Origin: a virus
Virus record (IMG/VR): IMGVR_UViG_3300043466_002666
Reading direction: 5' to 3' (one strand)
Length of the DNA: 64,000 nt
Within the stretch, counting starts at the first letter, position 1, and each line of letters opens with the position of its first letter. A program made the position numbers and the translations under genes. Shown here in pieces: positions 1-7,650 of the stretch. The notes beneath the pieces are model-generated. The model had not been told where the DNA came from, searched no databases, and worked only from the letters and a program-made list of their open reading frames with translations.

Positions 1-54
1 CTGCATCATCAAATTACTAATCATGCACTGATTCATATCAACCAGTATCATAAA

Positions 55-285
55 TTAATCCTCTTCGTCTTCGTCTTCCTCTTCTTCAAAGCGTACAGCA
101 ATCAATTCTTCGGTAATATAGTTTCCATTTTCATCATACATTTCTGGATGTCCAGTTGCATTATTTGAAATTGGATTGAAGTATTCATTTGCGAACCATC
201 CAAAAACCATACCAACTAAAAATGATAATCCTATTAGAACAAAACCTACTGCAAATACAGTGAGCAAAAGTAATAGATTTGTCAT
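55..285 (-). CDS. Small membrane protein, DUF2973-like
   Basis: N-terminal TM helix followed by HPEMYDENG motif and acidic tail, typical of this cyanophage family. Confidence 0.6.
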   Translation of the reverse strand: MTNLLLLLTVFAVGFVLIGLSFLVGMVFGWFANEYFNPISNNATGHPEMYDENGNYITEELIAVRFEEEEDEDEED

Positions 286-305
286 GGTTCTCTTCCCGTT
301 GAGTG

Positions 306-464
306 TTAGTCTTGTATATCTTCTATAAAGATTTTAACTTCCACCCTATAGTTCCTTTTAAATATGGAAACTAATTTATCGAAGTGGAAGTCAGGCTTTT
401 GCAAGTCTTGTTTCCTCCCACTTATCATTGCTCTTACATTTTTATTTAGTAACTTTTCTGTCAT
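306..464 (-). CDS. Small hypothetical protein (52 aa, MTEKLLNKNVRAMISGRK...), not in ORF track
   Basis: Manual translation; ATGA overlap with upstream stop; fills the gap exactly. Confidence 0.55.
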   Translation of the reverse strand: MTEKLLNKNVRAMISGRKQDLQKPDFHFDKLVSIFKRNYRVEVKIFIEDIQD

Positions 465-1162
465 GCAATAACTTTGATTAGAATATGTTTGGAAGTCATT
501 CTTCCAGATGGAGCCTTTGGTTTAGTAGTTAGATGAGTGCCAATAGATTCAGCATTAAACTTACTACATGAAATAACCTCTGTCAAAAATTCTTCGGGTT
601 TTCTCAAAGTACGAACCCAAGATTTTTCTGCATCAAACCCATCAACCATTGTACGACGAACTGTAAGAGACCTACCAGTATAGTAACAAAGCTCCCTCTT
701 TTCTACATTGTAGAGAAACACATGTTTTGCACCAATGATTTCTGTTGCAGGAAGAGGTTTGTAAGTTGTGTCTCCAAATGAAATTGGCTTGTCATATAGA
801 GTCACATATTTGACCAGCTTTTCAGGAGTAATCTTACGCCGCTTGCGAACAATCTTTTTGGAATCTTTATATGCATAAAGATCATCAAGAATTTGATTTA
901 ATAGTTCTTTGAAGTCACGAAGTTCAGGACGACGAAAATGAGAATACCCTTCTTTTACAACTTCATCTTGATTGTTGAGAGCAATATCTATTTCTTCAAT
1001 TTGCTCATTTACAAATCCAAGTTTAGTCTCAATAAAATTATTGATTGTTCTGCGGTCAATATCCTCAGATTTCAAAAACTGCATAAAGCTCGCTTTAGGT
1101 TTTTTGCGAGTAATTACAAAGTCATCAATAACTGAATCAATAAAAGCTGCAATTTCACTCAT
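461..1162 (-). CDS. Hypothetical protein
   Basis: 233-aa ORF coupled to neighbours by start/stop overlaps. Confidence 0.8.
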   Translation of the reverse strand: MSEIAAFIDSVIDDFVITRKKPKASFMQFLKSEDIDRRTINNFIETKLGFVNEQIEEIDIALNNQDEVVKEGYSHFRRPELRDFKELLNQILDDLYAYKDSKKIVRKRRKITPEKLVKYVTLYDKPISFGDTTYKPLPATEIIGAKHVFLYNVEKRELCYYTGRSLTVRRTMVDGFDAEKSWVRTLRKPEEFLTEVISCSKFNAESIGTHLTTKPKAPSGRMTSKHILIKVIA

Positions 1163-1395
1163 AGTAGATTCTGCTCCTTTAGATAAGCAATAGTTTCAGA
1201 AGATCCTCCAGTCAATTTACCATCAATGACCACTCGTGGAAATGTAGAGTTCTCTCCAAATTCAGAGATAAAATTCTCTCTCGTAAAATCATTGCCAAGG
1301 GTATACTCAATGAAATCTACATTAAGTAAATTGAATACTGTTTTAATTTTTTCGCAATAGGGACAATCCTCTTTACTGTAAATCGTAACCTGCAT
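1159..1395 (-). CDS. nrdC: Glutaredoxin
   Basis: CPYC active site and TFPRVVIDGKLTGG motif. Confidence 0.92.
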   Translation of the reverse strand: MQVTIYSKEDCPYCEKIKTVFNLLNVDFIEYTLGNDFTRENFISEFGENSTFPRVVIDGKLTGGSSETIAYLKEQNLL

Positions 1396-1417
1396 AAGTG
1401 CCTTTGAATCACCCTGA

Positions 1418-1455
1418 TATCATAGCAGAAAAAAGGGGGTCTGTCAAGACCCCCA
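1418..1455 (-). promoter_or_regulatory. Sigma70-type early promoter overlapping a terminator hairpin
   Basis: TTGACA-17-TATGAT; GGGGTC-TTGACA-GACCCC followed by a T-run. Confidence 0.7.
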
Positions 1456-1460
1456 GAGGA

Positions 1461-1616
1461 CTAAAATTTTTTGAACATCCACTTAAGCTTAATGTATCTT
1501 AATTGCAGTTCTGTCAACAAATGTTTTACTTTAATGCTGATCCAATCCAATACATTTGGATCAATCACACAAACATAAGTAAATATCATTGCAAATAAAA
1601 TAAAATATAGCTGCAT
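1461..1616 (-). CDS. Small hypothetical membrane protein (51 aa, MQLYFILFAMIF...)
   Basis: Manual translation; overlaps upstream stop. Confidence 0.55.
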   Translation of the reverse strand: MQLYFILFAMIFTYVCVIDPNVLDWISIKVKHLLTELQLRYIKLKWMFKKF

Positions 1617-1801
1617 CATTCTAGTGGATCATCTGTAGTTACATTTTCAGCATTATCAAAATATCCGCTTTCAATTGCATCAGAAAGAAGTTGCTGTAAT
1701 AAATCTTCCACAGAAACTCCTTTTTCTTTTGCAAGTGCCTCTGCGATTGCCGCAGTCTCATCATCCAGTTCAATTTGAAGTTCTTCAGTTTCAGCTGCCA
1801 T
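1616..1801 (-). CDS. Hypothetical protein, possible ribbon-helix-helix fold
   Basis: LQIELDDETAAIAEALAKEKGVSVEDLLQQLL resembles the CopG/RHH pattern. Confidence 0.55.
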   Translation of the reverse strand: MAAETEELQIELDDETAAIAEALAKEKGVSVEDLLQQLLSDAIESGYFDNAENVTTDDPLE

Positions 1802-1803
1802 AG

Positions 1804-2004
1804 TTAATTAAAAGGTAAAGGTAGTTCATCATATCCTGGGGGATAATCATGTTCATCATTGTAGCATGGATTTATACATGGAGAATCAACTTTTCGATAT
1901 TGACATACTCTTTGTGCCAAGTAATTTAAATCTCCAGGTTTACCAAAAGAAAATTTGGCTATTCCGTCTTCAATAATTACCCCACATGCAGGACATTTTT
2001 CCAT
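1804..2004 (-). CDS. Cys-rich hypothetical protein
   Basis: CPAC...C..C..C pattern; GAGG SD. Confidence 0.7.
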   Translation of the reverse strand: MEKCPACGVIIEDGIAKFSFGKPGDLNYLAQRVCQYRKVDSPCINPCYNDEHDYPPGYDELPLPFN

Positions 2005-2028
2005 ATCAACCTCAGTTTAAAGGTGATA

Positions 2029-2184
2029 CTATTTAGTCTCAGCTTGATATTTGTGTTTTAATTCATTGACAATCATAATTGATTTTTTTAATCCCAGTGC
2101 ATACTCATTGTGTCCATGCTTGACGGAAATTTGTATGCTGTGTTGAATTCGTTCACATAGTTCTTTGTAAAATTGTTCATCCAT
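2029..2184 (-). CDS. Hypothetical protein (start MDEQF)
   Basis: Start shortened because the upstream part of the track ORF overlaps tRNA-Ser. Confidence 0.6.
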   Translation of the reverse strand: MDEQFYKELCERIQHSIQISVKHGHNEYALGLKKSIMIVNELKHKYQAETK

Positions 2185-2201
2185 AATGTAATTGTGAACA
2201 A

Positions 2202-2284
2202 CGGAGAGAACAGGAATCGAACCTGCGAAGCTTTTACACCCAGCCGCTTTCAAGGCGGTGTCCTCGACCAACCGGACTCTCTCC
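2202..2284 (-). tRNA. tRNA-Ser(TGA)
   Basis: GGAGAGA acceptor, CCGC-CTTGAAA-GCGG anticodon arm, long variable arm, GGTTCGATTCC T-arm. Confidence 0.92.
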
Positions 2285-2315
2285 AAAAAAGTAACCAAAG
2301 GTTACTTATTATATA

Positions 2316-2546
2316 TCAAGAATTTGATTGAGTCCTAGCGTCCATTTGCCTTACAGCATGAATAGGACTTTTCATATAACGTTTAATTTTTTTGAGCTGT
2401 CTATTTAATTGTTTCAAATGTTCTAAATCTTGTTTGATTTCTGATGGACTTTTAATTCGATCTTCATTCAAACTCAGTTCTGGAGTTAGAACTGTTTCTT
2501 CTTCAACTACTTCAGTTGATTCAACATCAATAATTTGATCTTCCAT
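2316..2546 (-). CDS. Hypothetical protein
   Basis: 76-aa ORF in operon context. Confidence 0.7.
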   Translation of the reverse strand: MEDQIIDVESTEVVEEETVLTPELSLNEDRIKSPSEIKQDLEHLKQLNRQLKKIKRYMKSPIHAVRQMDARTQSNS

Positions 2547-2549
2547 AAT

Positions 2550-2912
2550 TTAACTTCTTGTTTTTAAGTACTCTACTGCCTTATATAGGCCACTAAGATT
2601 ATCGCCAAGATTTCCTAATCCAACATTACATGGATCGCAAATCCATCCACGAAACTTTCCAGTATCATGGCAGTGATCAAGAACAATTTTTTTGTTGTGT
2701 GGGGGTGTCTTGCCACACAGATCACATACCTCTGGTTTTGGTGGTGCCGTTTTTTTCAATTGATACCGAAGTTTACTTTGCTCGCTAATACATGTTCTAC
2801 ACCTAGTATCATGCCTATCCTTATGTCCACGATGTCCAGGAAACTCAGACAGTTTTTTCGTTTTATTGCAATAGACACATGATTTAGTTTTTAATTCATC
2901 AATAATCTCCAT
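2550..2912 (-). CDS. EndoVII-type (His-Me) putative homing endonuclease, copy 2
   Basis: CxxC...DHCHDTGKFRGWICDPCNVGLG; probable start MEIID downstream of a sigma70 promoter. Confidence 0.85.
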   Translation of the reverse strand: MEIIDELKTKSCVYCNKTKKLSEFPGHRGHKDRHDTRCRTCISEQSKLRYQLKKTAPPKPEVCDLCGKTPPHNKKIVLDHCHDTGKFRGWICDPCNVGLGNLGDNLSGLYKAVEYLKTRS

Positions 2913-2940
2913 AGGCACCGGAGGCTTTGGTTGCTCTAGC

Positions 2941-2969
2941 ATCATAGCATGGTTTTCAGGGCTTGTCAA
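2941..2969 (-). promoter_or_regulatory. Sigma70 early promoter of endonuclease copy 2
   Basis: TTGACA-17-TATGAT with extended TG. Confidence 0.7.
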
Positions 2970-3391
2970 GTGCCCTTGAGGTACTCGACCATTGCTTGGA
3001 GAGTACTGATGTTGTCCCCTACAAGACCAAGAGCAGTATTGCAGTGGTGACATAATAGTTTTCGTACTTTACCAGTAGAATGGCAATGATCTACACACAG
3101 TTTTTTCCATTTACCATTTCCTTCATTGCCACAAATAGCACAAAGACCTTCTTGTTCCTCATACATTTTAGTATGCTCGTCAAGAGTTATGCCATAGTTT
3201 CTTTTCAAATCATTATTTCGGGTACGTTCTGGATTTTCCTTGTGTCTAGATTTTACCCTTTCTTTATCACACTCTTTGCAAGATGAATGACGAACTCCAG
3301 TTTTTTTATTGCGAACATAAAACTCAGTAGCAAATTTTTCATCACCACAAGTCATACAAGTTCTATACAAATCAGAATACAATTTAGTCAT
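2966..3391 (-). CDS. F-CphI-like free-standing EndoVII homing endonuclease
   Basis: YGITLDE...CAIC...LCVDHCHSTGKVRKLLCHHCNTALG; directly downstream of psbA, as F-CphI is in S-PM2. Confidence 0.85.
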   Translation of the reverse strand: MTKLYSDLYRTCMTCGDEKFATEFYVRNKKTGVRHSSCKECDKERVKSRHKENPERTRNNDLKRNYGITLDEHTKMYEEQEGLCAICGNEGNGKWKKLCVDHCHSTGKVRKLLCHHCNTALGLVGDNISTLQAMVEYLKGT

Positions 3392-3415
3392 TTCGTGCTT
3401 TCTTTCGTGCTTAAT

Positions 3416-3423
3416 TATTTATA
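3416..3423 (-). promoter_or_regulatory. T4-type late promoter TATAAATA
   Basis: Exact consensus about 25 nt upstream of the endonuclease start. Confidence 0.75.
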
Positions 3424-3448
3424 AAAAAGGAACTCCGAAGAGTTCCTT
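3423..3448 (-). terminator. psbA rho-independent terminator
   Basis: GGAACTC-TTCG-GAGTTCC followed by T-run (UUCG tetraloop). Confidence 0.85.
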
Positions 3449-3457
3449 AACATTATA

Positions 3458-5463
3458 TCAACCGATGGTTGGAGCAGTCAAGGCAACTGGTGTTGCTTCA
3501 ACTGATGCAAGGTCAAGAGGGAAATTGTGGGCATTCTTGTAAACCTCTTGAAAGTCTGATATTGCTATCAGGATTGGACTATATCATCACCAGTTCTGGT
3601 GTCGGAAGCTCTAGCCTGTTATTAAGGGGACTAAACCCCTCAGGTAGTCTCTGAACCTTTCCTAGATGCATCTAGGACTTGGCTGCTGATTGCCCGCTTG
3701 GGGTTTCCAGCAATTCATCCGATTTAAAGAGCGCAATACCCAAATCTACGCTCATGCATTACCTCCATACCGAGTCCACCACGATTCAGAATGTCTGCCC
3801 ATGTATTAATTACATGACCCTGACTATCTTGAATTGACTGGTTGAAGTTGAAGCCATTCAGGTTGAATGCCATCGTGCTAACTCCCAGAGCAGTGAACCA
3901 AATACCAACGACAGGCCAAGCAGCCAGAAAGAAATGTAGAGAGCGAGAGTTGTTGAAGGACGCATATTGGAAAATCAAACGACCAAAATAACCATGAGCA
4001 GCTACAATGTTGTAGGTTTCTTCTTCTTGTCCGAACTTGTAGCCGTAGTTCTGTGACTCATTTTCTGTCGTCTCACGTACAAGACTAGAGGTGACAAGAG
4101 ATCCGTGCATAGCAGAGAAAAGAGAACCACCGAAGACACCAGCAACTCCCAGCATATGGAAAGGGTGCATAAGAATGTTGTGTTCCGCCTGGAAAACAAG
4201 CATGTAGTTGAAAGTTCCTGAAATCCCCAGAGGCATTGCATCAGAGAAGGATCCTTGACCGAAGGGATAGACCAGGAACACTGCACTAGCAGCAGCAACG
4301 GGTGCAGAGTAGGCAACACAAATCCAAGGACGCATACCCAGTCGGTAAGATAGTTCCCATTCACGACCCATGTAGGCATAGATACCAATTAGAAAGTGGA
4401 AGACGACCAATTGAAATGGTCCACCATTATATAGCCATTCATCGAGAGAAGCAGCTTCCCAGATGGGATAGAAGTGCAGACCGATAGCATTGCTAGAAGG
4501 AACAACAGCACCAGAAATGATGTTGTTTCCATACATTAGTGACCCAGCAACTGGTTCACGAATCCCGTCGCTTACACCTAACAAACAACCATATCTTTTG
4601 ACTTAGGTTGCTTCTGTTGACGAATTTGATTTGCTCGTTTTGCGTTTTCTACTCTTCCACCATTCTCTACCCACTCTTTCCAAGTTTGTAGATGAGAAAT
4701 ACATTCTTTTATCCTCTCTCCTCGTCTTACTCCCATATAAGGAAGTATTTGTTGTAGAATGGATAAAACTTTTTCTTTTTCTCCGATGTGAAGTGTATAA
4801 ACTTGCTTTCCTTTTACAGTTTTTCTTGATGGTGAGAAGTATGATTTATCTAAAAGTTTACTCAACCTTTGGATAATATCTTCATCTACCATAGAAATTT
4901 TGATAAAAGGTGCTGGTGGAGTATTAGAAACTTCGTAACGGTCTTTGGAACGATTGTCTATTCCAAAGTATCCTTCACCTTCTAATAAACCAGCAATCCA
5001 AGCAACATCAGTTTCAGTTAAGTCTAACATTTTAATCTTGCGTCTTCTGTACTATTTATACAGCATTAGCAAGAAAAAGTCAACAGTAGATGTGTGGACT
5101 ATATCTTCACCCTTCAAAGAAGGGGCTGGGCACTTAAACCTGTTATTAAGGGGACTAAACCCCTCAGGTAGTCTCTGAACCTTCCTCAAGTGTACTTGAG
5201 GCTTGGCTGCTGATTGCCTTTCGGTTTCCAGCAATTCACCCAGTTTCGTCAATACTCTTACGAGTAAGGGACACCGATTAGTTAATGTCTACGGGAGGAG
5301 CAGCAATGAAAGCAACAATGAAACAAATAGTAGCAGCAAGAAGGGTAGGAATCATTAGAGTTCCGAACCAACCGACATAGAGACGGTTATCGGTAGAAGT
5401 TACCCACTCACAGAATTGTTCCCAAGTGTTACTTCCACGCTGTTGAGCGAGGGTAGCAGTCAT
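3458..5463 (-). CDS. psbA: Photosystem II D1 protein; spliced exons 5285-5463, 3748-4570, 3458-3535 (359 aa)
   Basis: Clear D1 sequence; joins PPVDI|DGIREP and VMHER|[10 protein letters not shown] restore a 1080-nt frame. Confidence 0.97.
3536..3747 (-). mobile_element. Group I intron 2 of psbA (212 nt, no ORF), after codon 334
   Basis: P1 GAGCGU/GCGCUC with U-G at the splice site, P10 GGUAUU/AAUGCC, core AATTGCTGGAAA, AATCAGCAG, GTTCAGAGACTA, GATATAGTCC, terminal G. Confidence 0.93.
4578..5030 (-). CDS. Intron-encoded single-motif LAGLIDADG homing endonuclease
   Basis: [13 protein letters not shown] motif, [11 protein letters not shown]...L. Confidence 0.85.
   Translation of the reverse strand: MLDLTETDVAWIAGLLEGEGYFGIDNRSKDRYEVSNTPPAPFIKISMVDEDIIQRLSKLLDKSYFSPSRKTVKGKQVYTLHIGEKEKVLSILQQILPYMGVRRGERIKECISHLQTWKEWVENGGRVENAKRANQIRQQKQPKSKDMVVC
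5053..5060 (-). promoter_or_regulatory. Late promoter TATAAATA inside intron 1
   Basis: Exact consensus 22 nt upstream of the intron ORF. Confidence 0.75.
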
Positions 5464-5525
5464 AGTTTTAAAAGAACGTAAGGTTTGTAAAAATATGTTA
5501 AGGAATGTGTTGATTCCTTAACACT

Positions 5526-5559
5526 TATTTATAGTAGCACGCCCCCTCAAATTTGTCAA
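5526..5559 (-). promoter_or_regulatory. Overlapping early (TTGACA-17-TACTAT) and late (TATAAATA) psbA promoters
   Basis: Both consensus motifs overlap at the -10 box. Confidence 0.75.
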
Positions 5560-5595
5560 GGGGTTTCCTAAATATAGTTGAGTTGGAAATTACAA

Positions 5596-5760
5596 ATGTA
5601 TAAACTTAACTCCACTGACATAGACTACTTAATTTTAGCTTGCAATGCTTACCAAGAAAAAACTGGTTCTGAAGAAATGTGGGATGTATATAGTGAACTG
5701 AAACAAAAATTACATACTTACATGGAGCAGAACCTATATGGACGAGAGAAGAACATTTAA
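5596..5760 (+). CDS. Hypothetical protein (MYKLNSTD...)
   Basis: First gene of a small plus-strand operon after CTAAATA. Confidence 0.6.
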   Translation: MYKLNSTDIDYLILACNAYQEKTGSEEMWDVYSELKQKLHTYMEQNLYGREKNI

Positions 5761-5935
5761 CACTCCTATTAGGGAACCTTGGAATGCACCTATTCATAAT
5801 ATATTAAAAGCTATAGATAATCATACAAGACAATATTTAAAAACTGAAGATCCTTGGCATGAAGAGAAAGCTAATATGTTAAGAGAATATCTACACGAAT
5901 TAAAAACCTGGATACACAAAGAAGAAAATGAATGA
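5738..5935 (+). CDS. Hypothetical cyanophage protein
   Basis: NTPIREPWNAPIH..LKAIDNH motif; overlapping operon. Confidence 0.7.
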   Translation: MDERRTFNTPIREPWNAPIHNILKAIDNHTRQYLKTEDPWHEEKANMLREYLHELKTWIHKEENE

Positions 5936-6053
5936 CTTTCCATGGGGAGTTTCAATAGGACTCGGAATAGTATTATTAGGCACATTAAGTTTTTTAATCT
6001 ACATTATGATGTTAGATCACTTAGAAGGCAATGACAAAAACAATACTCATTGA
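5928..6053 (+). CDS. Small membrane protein (41 aa, MNDFPWGV...)
   Basis: Manual translation; single TM helix; overlaps previous stop. Confidence 0.55.
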   Translation: MNDFPWGVSIGLGIVLLGTLSFLIYIMMLDHLEGNDKNNTH

Positions 6054-6198
6054 GTTGTTGATCATAGCTAGATTATTAACTAATGATGGAATGATGCTGG
6101 AAAATAGAAGACCTCAACCGAAAAGACAATCGGTTGAGGTTCTTCGTTTTATTCGTAGACCAGCTAAAAAAGGCAGAAAATTATTTAAGTTTACCTAA
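6031..6198 (+). CDS. Small basic hypothetical protein (55 aa)
   Basis: Manual translation; contains a strong inverted repeat at about 6106-6145. Confidence 0.4.
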   Translation: MTKTILIELLIIARLLTNDGMMLENRRPQPKRQSVEVLRFIRRPAKKGRKLFKFT

Positions 6199-6813
6199 TC
6201 CATTTTCCCATAAAGAACCCTCTGCTCGTCTTCTTCTAGCTAATCCTTTCTCTACAGATGATCCTGGATTACGATAACGATAAAGTGCTTCTGGAACAAG
6301 ATGCCAAGATTTATCTTTTAATACTTTGGTAATGGTATTAAACCCATCTGATCCATAAAAATTTGCACCAAGATTATATGCAAATGAAAGTAGTGCTCCT
6401 CTCATTTCTTCATTCATTTCATTCCAATATGGAATCTTGGTTAGTGGAGGAAGAAACTGATTCCTAGCTTGATACTCAAGTAATTCATCTGCCTGTAATT
6501 GAGTAATCTTGTCTGTAATTTTAAATGGTTTTCCATTTAAATCTTTGGTACTTCCCCACCCAATTGTAATTGGAAGTCCACCAGTAAGTGGATCATAATA
6601 AGCACTCAAATGACATCCTTCAAATTCTTTGATTAAATCCAATCCACATTCTGGAACTATAGATGGATTGGATACTTTATATTCGTTTCTAAATCTTTTA
6701 GCAAATTCTTCTAGTACATTGGAAGGAATATTTTTTTGAAGGTATTCCCAAGCATCCATTTGATGCATATATCCTTTTGTATGTGTAGCAGCATCAATGA
6801 GTTTTATAGTCAT
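6181..6813 (-). CDS. Lysozyme (GH24 muramidase)
   Basis: LIKEFEG...AYYDP...TIGWGST...ALLSFAYNLG...GLARRRRAEG. Confidence 0.92.
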   Translation of the reverse strand: MTIKLIDAATHTKGYMHQMDAWEYLQKNIPSNVLEEFAKRFRNEYKVSNPSIVPECGLDLIKEFEGCHLSAYYDPLTGGLPITIGWGSTKDLNGKPFKITDKITQLQADELLEYQARNQFLPPLTKIPYWNEMNEEMRGALLSFAYNLGANFYGSDGFNTITKVLKDKSWHLVPEALYRYRNPGSSVEKGLARRRRAEGSLWENGLGKLK

Positions 6814-6838
6814 AAAAAAAGGAGGTATTGAACCTCCT
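6814..6838 (-). terminator. Terminator after hli/petF operon
   Basis: GGAGGT-TCAAT-ACCTCC followed by T7. Confidence 0.75.
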
Positions 6839-6857
6839 GTATTTAGGAATTAATAAT

Positions 6858-6977
6858 TCACCAAACTCCTGGAATAATCTGCCCAGTCGTGAGATAGGTT
6901 CCGACTGCGACTACGAAACCAAGCATAGCGAGGCGACCATTAAGTGTTTCAGCCTCAGGTGTCCATCCGAATTTCAT
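6858..6977 (-). CDS. hli: High-light-inducible protein (39 aa), not in ORF track
   Basis: MKFGWTPEAETLNGRLAMLGF...TGQIIPGVW; AGGAG SD. Confidence 0.93.
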   Translation of the reverse strand: MKFGWTPEAETLNGRLAMLGFVVAVGTYLTTGQIIPGVW

Positions 6978-6994
6978 TTGTTTTCTCCTGTTAA

Positions 6995-7285
6995 TTAAAG
7001 GTTTTCTTCTTGTTCAGTTAGAATTACACAATCAGATTTAGGATATGCTACACAAGTAAGTACCCATCCATCTGATAGTTGATCATCATCAAGGAACGAT
7101 TGTTCCTCGTTATCAACTTCACCTTGAATCAGTTTGCCAGCACAAGCAGAACAGGCACCAGCACGACATGATGAAGGAAGATCTACTCCTGCTTCCTCAG
7201 CAGCTTCAAGGATGTATTGATCCTCAGCACACTGAATAGTTTGTTCAGTTCCATCAGGGGAACGAAGAGTAATTTGATAAGTCAT
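6995..7285 (-). CDS. petF: Plant-type [2Fe-2S] ferredoxin
   Basis: CRAGACSAC...LTCVAYP. Confidence 0.95.
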   Translation of the reverse strand: MTYQITLRSPDGTEQTIQCAEDQYILEAAEEAGVDLPSSCRAGACSACAGKLIQGEVDNEEQSFLDDDQLSDGWVLTCVAYPKSDCVILTEQEENL

Positions 7286-7371
7286 TAGTAAGTTTCAGAT
7301 AATTGATTTACAGCGTATGCCAACAACACAAGGAAGGCAACACTAGTAATTATAAAGATAAATTCAGTCAT
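7285..7371 (-). CDS. 28-aa single-helix membrane peptide [28 protein letters not shown]
   Basis: Manual translation; TAATG coupling to petF. Confidence 0.6.
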   Translation of the reverse strand: MTEFIFIITSVAFLVLLAYAVNQLSETY

Positions 7372-7384
7372 TGTCAATTATTTG

Positions 7385-7579
7385 TCAGAAGATCCCGAAA
7401 AAGAACTTGCCAGTGCCAAGATAAGAAATGAACCCAGCAATAATACCGACCATTGCCCAGCGCCCATTGTACTTCTCCTTTACTTGATTTGGAGTATCCA
7501 TTCCGTAGTTTTCATAATACATTACAGGTTCTTTGGCAAACATATTTTGTTGGCCGAACTCATTAGATGTTACAGTCAT
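7385..7579 (-). CDS. hli: High-light-inducible protein (64 aa)
   Basis: GQQNMFAKEP...EKYNGRWAMVG. Confidence 0.92.
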   Translation of the reverse strand: MTVTSNEFGQQNMFAKEPVMYYENYGMDTPNQVKEKYNGRWAMVGIIAGFISYLGTGKFFFGIF

Positions 7580-7585
7580 TTTGTT

Positions 7586-7603
7586 GTTACAAATTGTTAC
7601 AAT
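7586..7603. promoter_or_regulatory. HLR1-like (RpaB) direct repeat
   Basis: GTTACAAA-TT-GTTACAAT matches (G/T)TTACA(T/A)(T/A)-N2 repeat. Confidence 0.65.
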
Positions 7604-7637
7604 ATTATATATGAAAAAGGGGGTTTTGTCAACCCCC
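7604..7637 (-). promoter_or_regulatory. Consensus sigma70 promoter within a terminator hairpin
   Basis: TTGACA-17-TATAAT; GGGGGTT-GACAA-AACCCCC followed by T-run. Confidence 0.8.
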
Positions 7638-7650
7638 AATTGTCAGAAAA

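Larger units (their letters stand above)
4571..5284 (-). mobile_element. Group I intron 1 of psbA (714 nt) after nt 179, with LAGLIDADG ORF
   Basis: P1 GACAU/GUGUC, P/Q/R/S core elements, terminal G; removal restores ATC GAC. Confidence 0.92.

Noticed and set aside
2185-2298. N-terminal extension of ORF 2029-2298 (likewise 11389-11505)
   Set aside because: Overlaps tRNA genes
3724-4584. Track ORF as a truncated or pseudogene psbA
   Set aside because: It is exon 2 plus intron read-through; splicing restores full-length D1
5052-5252. 66-aa ORF, plus the plus-strand ORFs 3469-3654 and 4945-5178 that share [12 protein letters not shown]
   Set aside because: They overlap intron ribozyme cores; the shared peptide only reflects the 45-nt intron repeat
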